Shown here piece after piece: positions 55,022 to 64,000 of a stretch of 64,000 nucleotides of DNA. The DNA lies in the IMG/VR virus record IMGVR_UViG_3300034053_000029, positions 96,001 to 160,000 of that record; one strand, given 5' to 3'. How positions within the stretch are numbered: the stretch's first letter is position 1; the number at the start of each line of letters is the position of its first letter. This DNA is from a virus (taxonomy: Duplodnaviria; Caudoviricetes). The position numbers were made by a program, and so were the translations under genes. The notes beneath the pieces are model-generated. The model saw only the letters and a program-made list of their open reading frames with translations. It made no database searches and was not told where the DNA came from.

Positions 55022-57442
55022 TTACACCCTTTGTACCGTTGTTTGTTCTGTATTAGTGGTTATTGATTGTGTTATGTCACCTGCGAATCTACCTGTCTTG
55101 GTTACAATGAGTGGTTTCGCTGGATCAAGTCCCATCATATTGTAGAGTTCAAGTAACATCGTCGCCTGAGTACCAGTCAATCCAGGGTTGCTACTAAGTG
55201 TCATAATATGAGCAAGTTCTGGAGTCAATTCGGTTCTAACTGCATCTGCCAATGCACCATAATCAACACCACCAGATGAAGCGGTATTGAGTTTATTTCC
55301 AAATGTTCCTACATCGTTGTAATCGGCGGCAACTGAATTCCAAATGTCATCAGGAATCGTATCACCACGACTACTTACCATAGCAAATTGTGCAGCAGGA
55401 TCAACAAACACTTCATTTTCTGGTGCAGAAGTTCCTGTTGGGAATGTCTTATTATCTCTGATGAAGTTATCAAACAGAATCATCGTTCTTTGAGTGTTTG
55501 GTCCTATGTTGATACCATAATCGCTATTATTCTGAATGCGTGATGCTGATACCACATTCAATCGTGTCGAGTTTGAACTTGTGCCAGTAAATTTGATACC
55601 GCATCCACGGTTGTAGTAGATGTTGCAATTATCGAAGCGAACTTCTCTTGGTGATCCTTCTCCTGCTATTGGTGCATCCGTAAATCGGACACCATCCGAT
55701 CCAAATTTCTCAATCTCACAACCGAATACTTTATGATAATCGCCACCCTTGAAATGCACACCAACACCGGTTCCTATTGCCGAACCACCACCGGTATCTG
55801 GTCCTACGATATACATATTCTCAAGTCGAGTAAATTTCGCATTGACCACGATACCATCTTCTGATCCGTTTGCCGAAGTTTTTAGGTAGATACCATTCAA
55901 TGAGCAATTGTTTGCTGTGATATTGATAACAGGATCAGCAGTAATGGTACTTGGTTGAATCATAATACCACGACCTGGTGCACGAATATGCACATCTTCT
56001 TTATTCATTACAATTCGTTCATCGAGTGGAGTTCCAACAGCACCTGGTGATAACAAGAAGATAACGTCACCACGACCAGACACCGCTTTACCGATAGCAG
56101 CAGTAATCGTTTTCAATGGAGAAGCAGGTGAATTTCCTGGTGCCAAATCCGTACCATTTATGTGATCTACATACCAACGTGATCCGAATCCTTGGTGTGA
56201 TTGACGTAGCGATTCCACATCAAGTTTTGCTTGTTCTGCAACTGCTGCTGCGAAACCTGACGCATCAACTTCCGTACCTAATGAATAATTGACAAGCGTT
56301 CCGAATCCTGTAACCGTGATCTTCCCTTTGGTGCAAGTCGAATCAACGGTAACAGTTCCACCATTCAAGTGAATCCATACTTGACCAGATTGAGTAGCAT
56401 GATTTTGATTGATGAATTTGATACGTCCATGAAATCCATCAAACGTCATATTCAGGCGAGCGCCGTTACGATCAATAATTGCCGTACCTTCGTCCGAATA
56501 GCAATCTTTGAAATATGACGCATGACCATTAGATACTGCTGATGTTTGACGAATCGTATATGTTAGTGTGGATGGAGTAAGCAAACCGCATCGTTCATAG
56601 AAACAATGTGCATTATCTAACCCATCAATAATACAATCGTGATAAATCGACTCACCACCTTGATATCCAGTGATTCTACAATGTGTCCAATGGGAATTTG
56701 TGGTGACACAACCAGAAGTCAAAGTGACTAAGGTTCTTGTAACATTCAATGTGGCACCGTCACCCTCAAATCTCAGCGCAGTAAGATTACCACCGGATGA
56801 GTCGGTCGCTGTTGATGGAACCGTGAGATTTCCACGAATGTAAAAATTATCGAAACCTCTTGTTGTAGCAATGGTTTTCGCATCTGCGATATTGTTTACT
56901 GGAACTTTGAATGTTCCGATTGGGTATGCCGTACCTGATGTTGCAACCGTGGAAACATTGCCTTGGTCAATGGTAATTTCACCATTGAATGCTGCTTGTT
57001 CGATTTCAGCAATTTGTGCCAATGAAGAATCGACAAGGGATGATACTTGCAATTCGATGGTGACGCTGTAATTACCAACAGCAGGTAGGAACGGAGAAGA
57101 ACCGGAAGGGTCTGTATAAAGGTTTCCATTGACGGTTAGTCGATGATCGCCAGAATATGGACGAATACGCCAACCATTAGTTAAGAAGTACGTCGAACCA
57201 AGAGTTTTTGTGTCACTAATTGCGTCACCGCCCACTGCTCGCATGGCAGGTAAGTACTTTACGTTATCACTAACTAGTACCCATTCTTTCCAAGCAGAAT
57301 ATATGTCTTGAACTTCAACTAAAGTGACACCAACAGAGATTTCTATGACCTTATCATTGCCATAGAAAGTAAAATCTCTAATAGTATCGAATTCGGATAT
57401 GTAACCTGCAGCAACATATCCAGTTGAGACATAATTACTCAT
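55022..57442 (-). CDS. Tailspike-like protein with right-handed beta-helix
   Basis: GDVIFL..PG, repeated GI/GV.F..N beta-helix coils. Confidence 0.75.
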   Translation of the reverse strand: MSNYVSTGYVAAGYISEFDTIRDFTFYGNDKVIEISVGVTLVEVQDIYSAWKEWVLVSDNVKYLPAMRAVGGDAISDTKTLGSTYFLTNGWRIRPYSGDHRLTVNGNLYTDPSGSSPFLPAVGNYSVTIELQVSSLVDSSLAQIAEIEQAAFNGEITIDQGNVSTVATSGTAYPIGTFKVPVNNIADAKTIATTRGFDNFYIRGNLTVPSTATDSSGGNLTALRFEGDGATLNVTRTLVTLTSGCVTTNSHWTHCRITGYQGGESIYHDCIIDGLDNAHCFYERCGLLTPSTLTYTIRQTSAVSNGHASYFKDCYSDEGTAIIDRNGARLNMTFDGFHGRIKFINQNHATQSGQVWIHLNGGTVTVDSTCTKGKITVTGFGTLVNYSLGTEVDASGFAAAVAEQAKLDVESLRQSHQGFGSRWYVDHINGTDLAPGNSPASPLKTITAAIGKAVSGRGDVIFLLSPGAVGTPLDERIVMNKEDVHIRAPGRGIMIQPSTITADPVINITANNCSLNGIYLKTSANGSEDGIVVNAKFTRLENMYIVGPDTGGGSAIGTGVGVHFKGGDYHKVFGCEIEKFGSDGVRFTDAPIAGEGSPREVRFDNCNIYYNRGCGIKFTGTSSNSTRLNVVSASRIQNNSDYGINIGPNTQRTMILFDNFIRDNKTFPTGTSAPENEVFVDPAAQFAMVSSRGDTIPDDIWNSVAADYNDVGTFGNKLNTASSGGVDYGALADAVRTELTPELAHIMTLSSNPGLTGTQATMLLELYNMMGLDPAKPLIVTKTGRFAGDITQSITTNTEQTTVQRV

Positions 57443-57452
57443 GCCTCATTCC

Positions 57453-58175
57453 TTAGACAGCATAAAATGATGGAGAAGGAGATTTGTTCTTCGTCGCTAA
57501 GTTTGAACTTTGATAATGTAAATCAATTGTTATGATGGCAGGTTCATTTATTGTACCACCTGTAATCGTTGGAATCGTCGCAACTTCGAAGTGGAACAAA
57601 AAGATTCCATCGACCTCAATCAAATTGGTATTGAGTTGATTTGGTCCAGGTGTTGATGATGTCAATTGAATTTCATCCACACGGTGATGATATTGTGGGC
57701 AATTACCAATAGTCAAGCCAGGTATTGTAATCGTAGGTGCAATCTCAGCAGAGAAGTTTGCTTGCTGATGACCTTTTGCGTAAGTGGTGAATACGTTTAT
57801 GACAAAGTTTCCACTTATGCTTGTACCATTATGTGTCCAGTGAGCATGAAGGTGCATATCTGTACCAGGGACATAATCGTGTGGTACATGGAATACGCAA
57901 TCTGAATCATCACCAACAGAATAAAACCATACACGAACTTTTCCACCACTTCTCAATTCGGAACAAGTTGGTGGACTTGCTGCTGTTGCTCTTGATAGTT
58001 CTCCGGTCAAATCATGCCAACCGAATACCGGTGTGCCTAATGAATCGACTTTGATGCCAGTGCCGCTAACACCAGTGACTAAAGGATTTACCCCATCCCT
58101 TAGATCAGTAAAATTGGTGTCTAAATCGTTATGGGTAAGTTCAGACCCTTTACCTGCTCTTGTTGTGATTGCCAT
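57453..58175 (-). CDS. Baseplate/fibre-associated structural protein
   Basis: MAITTRAGKGSELTHNDLDTNF N-terminus; late promoter 58207-58214. Confidence 0.7.
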   Translation of the reverse strand: MAITTRAGKGSELTHNDLDTNFTDLRDGVNPLVTGVSGTGIKVDSLGTPVFGWHDLTGELSRATAASPPTCSELRSGGKVRVWFYSVGDDSDCVFHVPHDYVPGTDMHLHAHWTHNGTSISGNFVINVFTTYAKGHQQANFSAEIAPTITIPGLTIGNCPQYHHRVDEIQLTSSTPGPNQLNTNLIEVDGIFLFHFEVATIPTITGGTINEPAIITIDLHYQSSNLATKNKSPSPSFYAV

Positions 58176-58223
58176 TTTCTACCGTCCATAATTTACATTA
58201 TCACTATATTTATTCATGGTGTG

Positions 58224-58508
58224 TTAAGATGATTTCACACTCTTATGCTTCAAGATGTCCTCTTTAGGGATAAGTTTGTTCAAATCAGAAATGTATTTCT
58301 TTACAATTTTACCAGTGACAATCTTTGAGAAATCGTTTTTGTCAATATCCCATTCAATCGAAAAATCTGTTGAGTCTAATCCGTATTCACTAACATCTTG
58401 AAGATAAAATGAATAAATGTTTAGATGTTCATTTGTTGGTGTTCCCGCCTTGCATCTAAACAATGCATAACGAATTTTGCTTCTTGTCATCCCGTCTATC
58501 GCTACCAT
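58224..58508 (-). CDS. Hypothetical late protein
   Basis: GGAGG RBS; AATAAATA at 58539-58546. Confidence 0.65.
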   Translation of the reverse strand: MVAIDGMTRSKIRYALFRCKAGTPTNEHLNIYSFYLQDVSEYGLDSTDFSIEWDIDKNDFSKIVTGKIVKKYISDLNKLIPKEDILKHKSVKSS

Positions 58509-58541
58509 AATAAAAATCCTCCAGAATAGGTTGTTGTATAT

Positions 58542-59363
58542 TTATTCTGTTTTTTTGATAACTCTTCCTTTTCTCCAACCTTCGGGAATTTCATCGTTTT
58601 TTGGTACAGATTTTGAATCAACTCCATTTGTTATCCAATGCTTTCCTGAGTTTGTACCAAATCTTTTTATTTTCTCTTCTGGTGTCATTTTTGCTGCATT
58701 CTCTATAAAAGTTTGTCTACTTCTTTCTCTTGCTTCTGGTGTTGTCATTGCGTCTATTCGATACTTAGTATATTCTGGATCAGCAGAAAATTCCTTTTGC
58801 TTCTCTGATCTTTGTTTTCTCCACGACTCTCTGCTAGTTATTTCTTTGTTTATCTCTGTTTGTTTTCTTCTATTTTCTTCTATTGAAAAGTATTCATTTC
58901 GTCTATTAGACTGTGCACTTCTATTCTCTTCATCGTCCCAATATTCTTGTCTGTGTTTTGTTAGTCTACTTCTAATTGCGTCATCGTCCCACATTTCTTT
59001 TGATTGTTGCGACATATGAGAAGACAAGTTTTTTCTACACATCTCGAATAAGCGACTATTACCAAATACTATCCTATTATTTTTTGTATTGGTCAGTTTC
59101 ATCATAGACAATAAGGATAGAAGCATTTTCTTTTCTGATGAAATATCATTATTTTTGAAAATTTTATATAACAAAAGGTGTGCGATATAATGTTCTTTAT
59201 GTGTCAAATTTACTACAAATTTATTTTTACCATAAATCGACTGTGGGAAGACATGGTGTGCTTCTGTTTCCCCTTGTACTTTAGTATTAAATTTCCTAGA
59301 TTCAATCAAATTAACATACCATTTTTTATACTTATTGTTAGAGAACGATTCATAACTAAACAT
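58542..59363 (-). CDS. HNH (Mob-like) homing endonuclease
   Basis: KYKKWYVNLIE...EAHHVFPQS...NLTHKEHYIAHLLL; TATAAATA at 59395-59402. Confidence 0.88.
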   Translation of the reverse strand: MFSYESFSNNKYKKWYVNLIESRKFNTKVQGETEAHHVFPQSIYGKNKFVVNLTHKEHYIAHLLLYKIFKNNDISSEKKMLLSLLSMMKLTNTKNNRIVFGNSRLFEMCRKNLSSHMSQQSKEMWDDDAIRSRLTKHRQEYWDDEENRSAQSNRRNEYFSIEENRRKQTEINKEITSRESWRKQRSEKQKEFSADPEYTKYRIDAMTTPEARERSRQTFIENAAKMTPEEKIKRFGTNSGKHWITNGVDSKSVPKNDEIPEGWRKGRVIKKTE

Positions 59364-59442
59364 ATTAAAATTCCTTTCATCATGTTGTATCTTATATTTA
59401 TAAGAGTCACACTGTTAGAAAGGAATGTTTAATTAAATAAAA

Positions 59443-61095
59443 TTAAAGATTCGAGTAGTTTCTTTCCAACGCAGCAACCAATGACACGGCATTCGCTTTT
59501 GATTTTGCGATAGTTGTTGTCGCTTTAACGTATTGTCCTGAACTCAAACCAATACCAACTGCGGTTACATCAGCGTTAGTGTTTGCGGTGCGATCACCAC
59601 CTGCAGTTTCATTATCGTAGTCGAATGTCCAAGTCACATTTGATGCAGAAGATACATCGCCGGTAATGTCAGTGCCATCTTTGTTCTTAACCAATTTAGC
59701 ACCAGACTCACCGAAGTCATTATTTGCACCGGTCAATGTGGTGTAGAACAACCAATACTTTGCTGACGCATCATTCTTCAAATTATCACCGAAGTTAATA
59801 GTGATAGTAGCAACGTATGGGAAGGTTCTCTTGTTACCGAGTGCATCGTAAAATTCAATATCGTTGGTGTCATTTGAATTGAATGAGTCAATATAAACGC
59901 CATTCGATGTTACCAATGTATCGCCCACGAAACGCAATAGTAGGTCAGCAGTTTTACCTGTTACGGAAGCACTAGCATCAGCATCAATATCCGAATTCTG
60001 ACGAAGTTGATATTGAACCTTCTCATATACTTCAGCACGAACCGCAGCACCGGATGCAGTTGCACCAACCGTAGTGTCAGCATCAATAATAACAGTGAAT
60101 GGGTAATAAACTGTACCAACTAATCTTTCACCTTCATACGCCGCCCAATTGGTTGCATTTGCTGATGGAAGTGTACCAGTTGAGGTATAAGCAAGTATAC
60201 ACTTATACCAACGATTATTTCCTGTATCTTTTACGACATCTGCGAGTGCATATACAGTTGCAGCAGCAAAATCGCCACGGACATTATATAACTCATCGCC
60301 GGTATGACGGAGATATGTGATATTGATATTCGTGTATGGTGCTAACGTAGAAACATCACCATCAATGTGAGTAACTTTAAGGTCGGCACCGTTCGATAGT
60401 GGAAAACGATACGCTTGATACGTCATTGAAGACGCACCGATTTCCGTGTTTGCTGACTGAACATACGTCTTAGCATATTCACGAAGGAATACTTTGAAGT
60501 ATGATCGTCTATCGTAACCGTCACCAAAAGCACCGTCGCCATTTGGATCAGAGTAAATCTGAACTGCTTGGTTGACGTTATTCGTTAGTTTGATGTTAGT
60601 TGCTGCACCACCTGCAACTTGTTGGAAATATGCTTGGTCAGTATTAGCAGCAAACGATCCCAAAGTGATGATACCTGCCCACATTTCTGTAACGGCACCG
60701 GCATTAGGCGCATCGGGTTTAACCACCGACCAACCACCAGTTCTAAGCAACTCAACTGTTGTCAATGACGCTGCAGTACCAGATGTCTCGGTCTTGTCCC
60801 AGTTCCAACCATTGATCATTTCAAACTGCTCGTCCGTGATTGGACCCATTGGGAATGCGAATTTGATGAGAGTGGTGTCTGTACGCCAAATTTCTTTTAA
60901 CTTTGAGTAGACACACTTGATGGTTACACCATCATTAGTCAAAGTTCCAGCTACTTTCAATGCCAATCTTTTATTAGCATAATCGATCAAAAGTTCGTCA
61001 GTTGCTGCTGCGAATATGGAAGCAATACTTACACCAGTAGCGGCATAAGAAAGCGAATCTGGATCGATAATTGGGTTTGAACCATATACTGCCAT
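59443..61095 (-). CDS. Tail/virion structural protein
   Basis: 550 aa; IIDPD N-terminus; AAGGAG RBS; CATAAATA at 61122-61129. Confidence 0.8.
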   Translation of the reverse strand: MAVYGSNPIIDPDSLSYAATGVSIASIFAAATDELLIDYANKRLALKVAGTLTNDGVTIKCVYSKLKEIWRTDTTLIKFAFPMGPITDEQFEMINGWNWDKTETSGTAASLTTVELLRTGGWSVVKPDAPNAGAVTEMWAGIITLGSFAANTDQAYFQQVAGGAATNIKLTNNVNQAVQIYSDPNGDGAFGDGYDRRSYFKVFLREYAKTYVQSANTEIGASSMTYQAYRFPLSNGADLKVTHIDGDVSTLAPYTNINITYLRHTGDELYNVRGDFAAATVYALADVVKDTGNNRWYKCILAYTSTGTLPSANATNWAAYEGERLVGTVYYPFTVIIDADTTVGATASGAAVRAEVYEKVQYQLRQNSDIDADASASVTGKTADLLLRFVGDTLVTSNGVYIDSFNSNDTNDIEFYDALGNKRTFPYVATITINFGDNLKNDASAKYWLFYTTLTGANNDFGESGAKLVKNKDGTDITGDVSSASNVTWTFDYDNETAGGDRTANTNADVTAVGIGLSSGQYVKATTTIAKSKANAVSLVAALERNYSNL

Positions 61096-61130
61096 TTGTT
61101 ATCTCCTTAAAGTTCTTATTATATTTATGT

Positions 61131-64000
61131 TTATGCTGGGTTAGAGTACTGACGATCAAATGTTTGTTGAACTGGAATGGTCAACGTAGTACCATCCAAC
61201 ACCTGATCTTCTAAACGAATTGGTAAATAGTTTAGATGATGAATGACGATGATAATATCAGTATTTTCGTAGTAATCATAATTCAATGTGAATGTCGTAC
61301 CTGAACTTTCCGTACCACCCAATTCAAATCCATCAGAAATACGAAACACTCTAACTTCAGAATCTGTTTGCAATCCTGTTAGAACAAGTGATCCGGATGA
61401 ATATGCGTAGTTATATGCAGTATCTGTATCGGTCTCAGTGAATAATCTAAACGAATTCAAACGACTCGTAGGTTGTGGTGCAAACACGAAACTAGTGTTT
61501 ACTGCCGTAATGGTTGAATGAATACCACCGATAGGACATGAGCCTGATGCAGTCGATAATGTCGCATTCGTCCCAGCAAGGGCATTATTAAAAGAAGTGG
61601 CGATTGCAATTTGTGTGCTACCTATTACTTCAGATACATAATTAGTCGATCCTGATGCAATACCACCAAATGTCGTTCCGATAGCAACCACGCCCGCACC
61701 AACATAGAAGTTAGCATTAGATGTCAATGTGATAAGATTATTCGTTCCGTTTATGTTTTGTGTTCCAGTAGCAGAATGTGATTTGCTTACCAGCCAAGTC
61801 GAACCAGAGCCCGATCCTGCTATGTTGCTAACGATGTAAGTTCCTGTAAGGACGTTTGTTCCAGTTAGCATCATACCTGCTGCTACCACGCCAGTTGCTT
61901 GAGTCCCCACGGTAAATGTCGTACCAGTAATGTTAGAACCAGTCGTGGTTGCAGAAGCATTCGTTGTATTTGTCATCGTGGTATTCATCGTACCAGAATA
62001 AATGGTATTTGATGTCAACCATTCACCCGTGATATTCGAAACCACTAGCGATCCTGCAACAGTAGTAACCGCTTCATCATCGACCACCACTGCTGTTGCT
62101 GTTGGACTAGTAAGCGCATTTTGTACCACCCACCCAGGCATAAACTGCCCAACTTGAGCAGTATATTTTAGTGTTGGTCTCGCAGTAATTCTGAACTTTG
62201 GTCTAACTCCAGTTGATGGTGATATTCCAGTTTCGTCGGCAAGATTATTCATTCCGATTACGCCGTTCAACTGTTTCCACGTTCCACCGTAACCTGATCC
62301 TTTATCGAGTTGATATTCGATCAATACACCTAACGAAGTTACCAAATTCAACCCAAGGTCAGTCGAATAGATATGTGGTAATCTTCTTGTGAATCCAGTC
62401 AACCCCTTGACAAAATGAGGCCATTCGATAACTACTTGGTCTCCTGCTGTAGTCAACGCTAAGTTTCCGTCATTAGTGAAGAATGGAGTTCCTGAAGTAA
62501 TCGTGTATGGTTTCGATGCCTTTGAAGAAGCGATCAATCTAATATCCAAACATCCTCTTGGTTGTGATCCATAAGTATACTCACGAAACATACCATCAAA
62601 CACAGACTGACTTGTAATTTGTGATCCAGAATATGTTGGTTCTGAACTCAAATTCCATGTTGTCCCATTCTGTAACGGATACGGATCACCACCAAAAACA
62701 CCACGAATTTGTGTATCCAATGATTGAACATACCAAGGAACTCTTGCGACTCGATTCGATCTCACATTTTGAACTTTGATACCACTTGATGCGTTTGAAG
62801 TACTTGAACTATCCATATATGCTGTAGAAACATATGGTCTTACATTAATCACATCAATATTATGTAAGTACACTGAATATCCTGGACCAGCATAATAAAC
62901 ATATCCCAATGATCCATTGATTGTGTGCGTCGAATCTTTTACACTTACATTTGTTGCACCAGAAATCGGAAATAACAAAAATCCATGATGAATTTGTTTT
63001 GTATTGATTGGTTGGTAATTCGATACATTTATATTCGCTGCAGAAGTTATAGCAGAAATAACTGGTTCGACACCAGGAGATTGGTTACTGAATAGTAAAT
63101 TCTGAACCGTTGGTGTAAATGATGGTGTAGTTCCAATATGTAAATCTGCCCAAAATTGCCATGGTGAAGTGGACAACGTAGTTTCGATACCTGCTCCGCC
63201 GTCAATGTTCCATCCATATAATCCACCAGATGAATTCAAAAATTGTTGTGGAAATTGATACACAGGGAACGTGGTGGTGGCGTTTGCAATTGGTGGTGGT
63301 ACTGCACTTGTTCTTGTTACAGTAACGTGTGCCACATTTATTGATGACCCAATCGCAGGAAGTGTTATGACAGCATTGGTTGTCGATGCGGTTGTCGTAA
63401 ATGATACTGAGAATCTCTGCCATTGATTTGTTAGGTTCTTCGTTTCTGAAGTCGTACCCAAATCCATCTTCATGGTGATGTATGTTCGATTATCAGGTAA
63501 GTTTGCCCTTGCCCAAAGAGCAAAAGTGTGAACTGTACCAACTCCAGTCTGAATCGTTTGCGTTAGAGTTCCGTTTGCTGACGTAGCAATTAATTGAGTA
63601 GTAGTTGTGGCTGGGTTTGCTGAGTTGATACCGACAAAATTATTAAGTGGGGAAAACTGACCGGTTGCGTTGGTTGCAGTTATACCAGATGCAGTCCAAG
63701 GTGCAGTTGCTAAAGTTTCATTCTGTAATGCAAGATTCAAATAACACAAAGGTGCTTGTGGAATACAAGTGATCTCAGGCAACTCAAATCCTGCGACGAA
63801 TCTTAGTGTCTGCGTGGTGAATGTATTTGTGTTAGCAATTGAAACCGTCATGGAAGTATTACTATCAACCGTAACCACTTTACAATTCATACCGACGTTT
63901 GAACCATACACAAACATACCAGGAGCTGGACTAAACCCAACGTATGTTCTTGAATTACCACGATTTTTTACATCGGCAGTCAAATTGGCAGATAAGCGAA
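61131..64000 (-). CDS. Large tail fibre/virion structural protein, 5'-truncated by the window edge
   Basis: Frame stays open to position 63998; T/S/G/N-rich beta repeats; C-terminal LTGLQTDSEVRVF...DRQYSNP. Confidence 0.8.
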   Translation of the reverse strand, partial: RLSANLTADVKNRGNSRTYVGFSPAPGMFVYGSNVGMNCKVVTVDSNTSMTVSIANTNTFTTQTLRFVAGFELPEITCIPQAPLCYLNLALQNETLATAPWTASGITATNATGQFSPLNNFVGINSANPATTTTQLIATSANGTLTQTIQTGVGTVHTFALWARANLPDNRTYITMKMDLGTTSETKNLTNQWQRFSVSFTTTASTTNAVITLPAIGSSINVAHVTVTRTSAVPPPIANATTTFPVYQFPQQFLNSSGGLYGWNIDGGAGIETTLSTSPWQFWADLHIGTTPSFTPTVQNLLFSNQSPGVEPVISAITSAANINVSNYQPINTKQIHHGFLLFPISGATNVSVKDSTHTINGSLGYVYYAGPGYSVYLHNIDVINVRPYVSTAYMDSSSTSNASSGIKVQNVRSNRVARVPWYVQSLDTQIRGVFGGDPYPLQNGTTWNLSSEPTYSGSQITSQSVFDGMFREYTYGSQPRGCLDIRLIASSKASKPYTITSGTPFFTNDGNLALTTAGDQVVIEWPHFVKGLTGFTRRLPHIYSTDLGLNLVTSLGVLIEYQLDKGSGYGGTWKQLNGVIGMNNLADETGISPSTGVRPKFRITARPTLKYTAQVGQFMPGWVVQNALTSPTATAVVVDDEAVTTVAGSLVVSNITGEWLTSNTIYSGTMNTTMTNTTNASATTTGSNITGTTFTVGTQATGVVAAGMMLTGTNVLTGTYIVSNIAGSGSGSTWLVSKSHSATGTQNINGTNNLITLTSNANFYVGAGVVAIGTTFGGIASGSTNYVSEVIGSTQIAIATSFNNALAGTNATLSTASGSCPIGGIHSTITAVNTSFVFAPQPTSRLNSFRLFTETDTDTAYNYAYSSGSLVLTGLQTDSEVRVFRISDGFELGGTESSGTTFTLNYDYYENTDIIIVIHHLNYLPIRLEDQVLDGTTLTIPVQQTFDRQYSNPA

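Noticed and set aside
230-59432. Many plus-strand or alternate-frame ORFs in the track (e.g. 230-667, 3014-3484, 4004-4495, 11611-12018, 42118-42423, 43231-43782, 51187-51546, 58477-59019)
   Set aside because: They are shadows of well-supported minus-strand genes, with no RBS, promoter or motif support
1-64000. Stop-codon reassignment
   Set aside because: Core genes translate full length in the standard code, and TAA, TGA and TAG all end plausible genes
1-64000. tRNA genes, diversity-generating retroelement, integrase
   Set aside because: No cloverleaf in the short intergenic gaps, and no reverse transcriptase, TR/VR pair or recombinase ORF was seen

Overview
This is a 64-kb segment of a large, AT-rich T4-like myophage genome, with almost every gene on the minus strand. 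Read in the direction of transcription (right to left), it contains: tail-fibre/spike and other structural genes; neck, terminase, tail and head genes (gp13-14-15-16-17-18-19-20-67-21-22-23); gp3-uvsY-uvsW-gp55-gp47-gp46; rIIA/rIIB; gp45-44-62-regA-hsp20; ligase-gp43-uvsX-gp40-gp41; a T5 A1-like gene; and a late operon of small charged proteins. Eight free-standing homing-endonuclease-like genes are interspersed, and late promoters have the form nATAAATA/CTAAATA. The most notable signals are: (1) a dispersed set of mostly late-expressed, often His-rich proteins with T4 internal-protein-like capsid-targeting N-termini, carrying kinase-like, ADP-ribosyltransferase, GNAT-like and Zn/OB modules, which may be an injected effector arsenal; (2) a covarying hairpin leader shared by two separately located GIY-YIG genes; (3) a ROSE-type RNA thermometer on the phage hsp20; (4) a bipartite GTGAA-N12-ATAAATA late-promoter class; (5) a promoter plus AT-rich repeat tract beside uvsY that may be a replication origin. 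All calls come from reading motifs by eye; no database searches were run.
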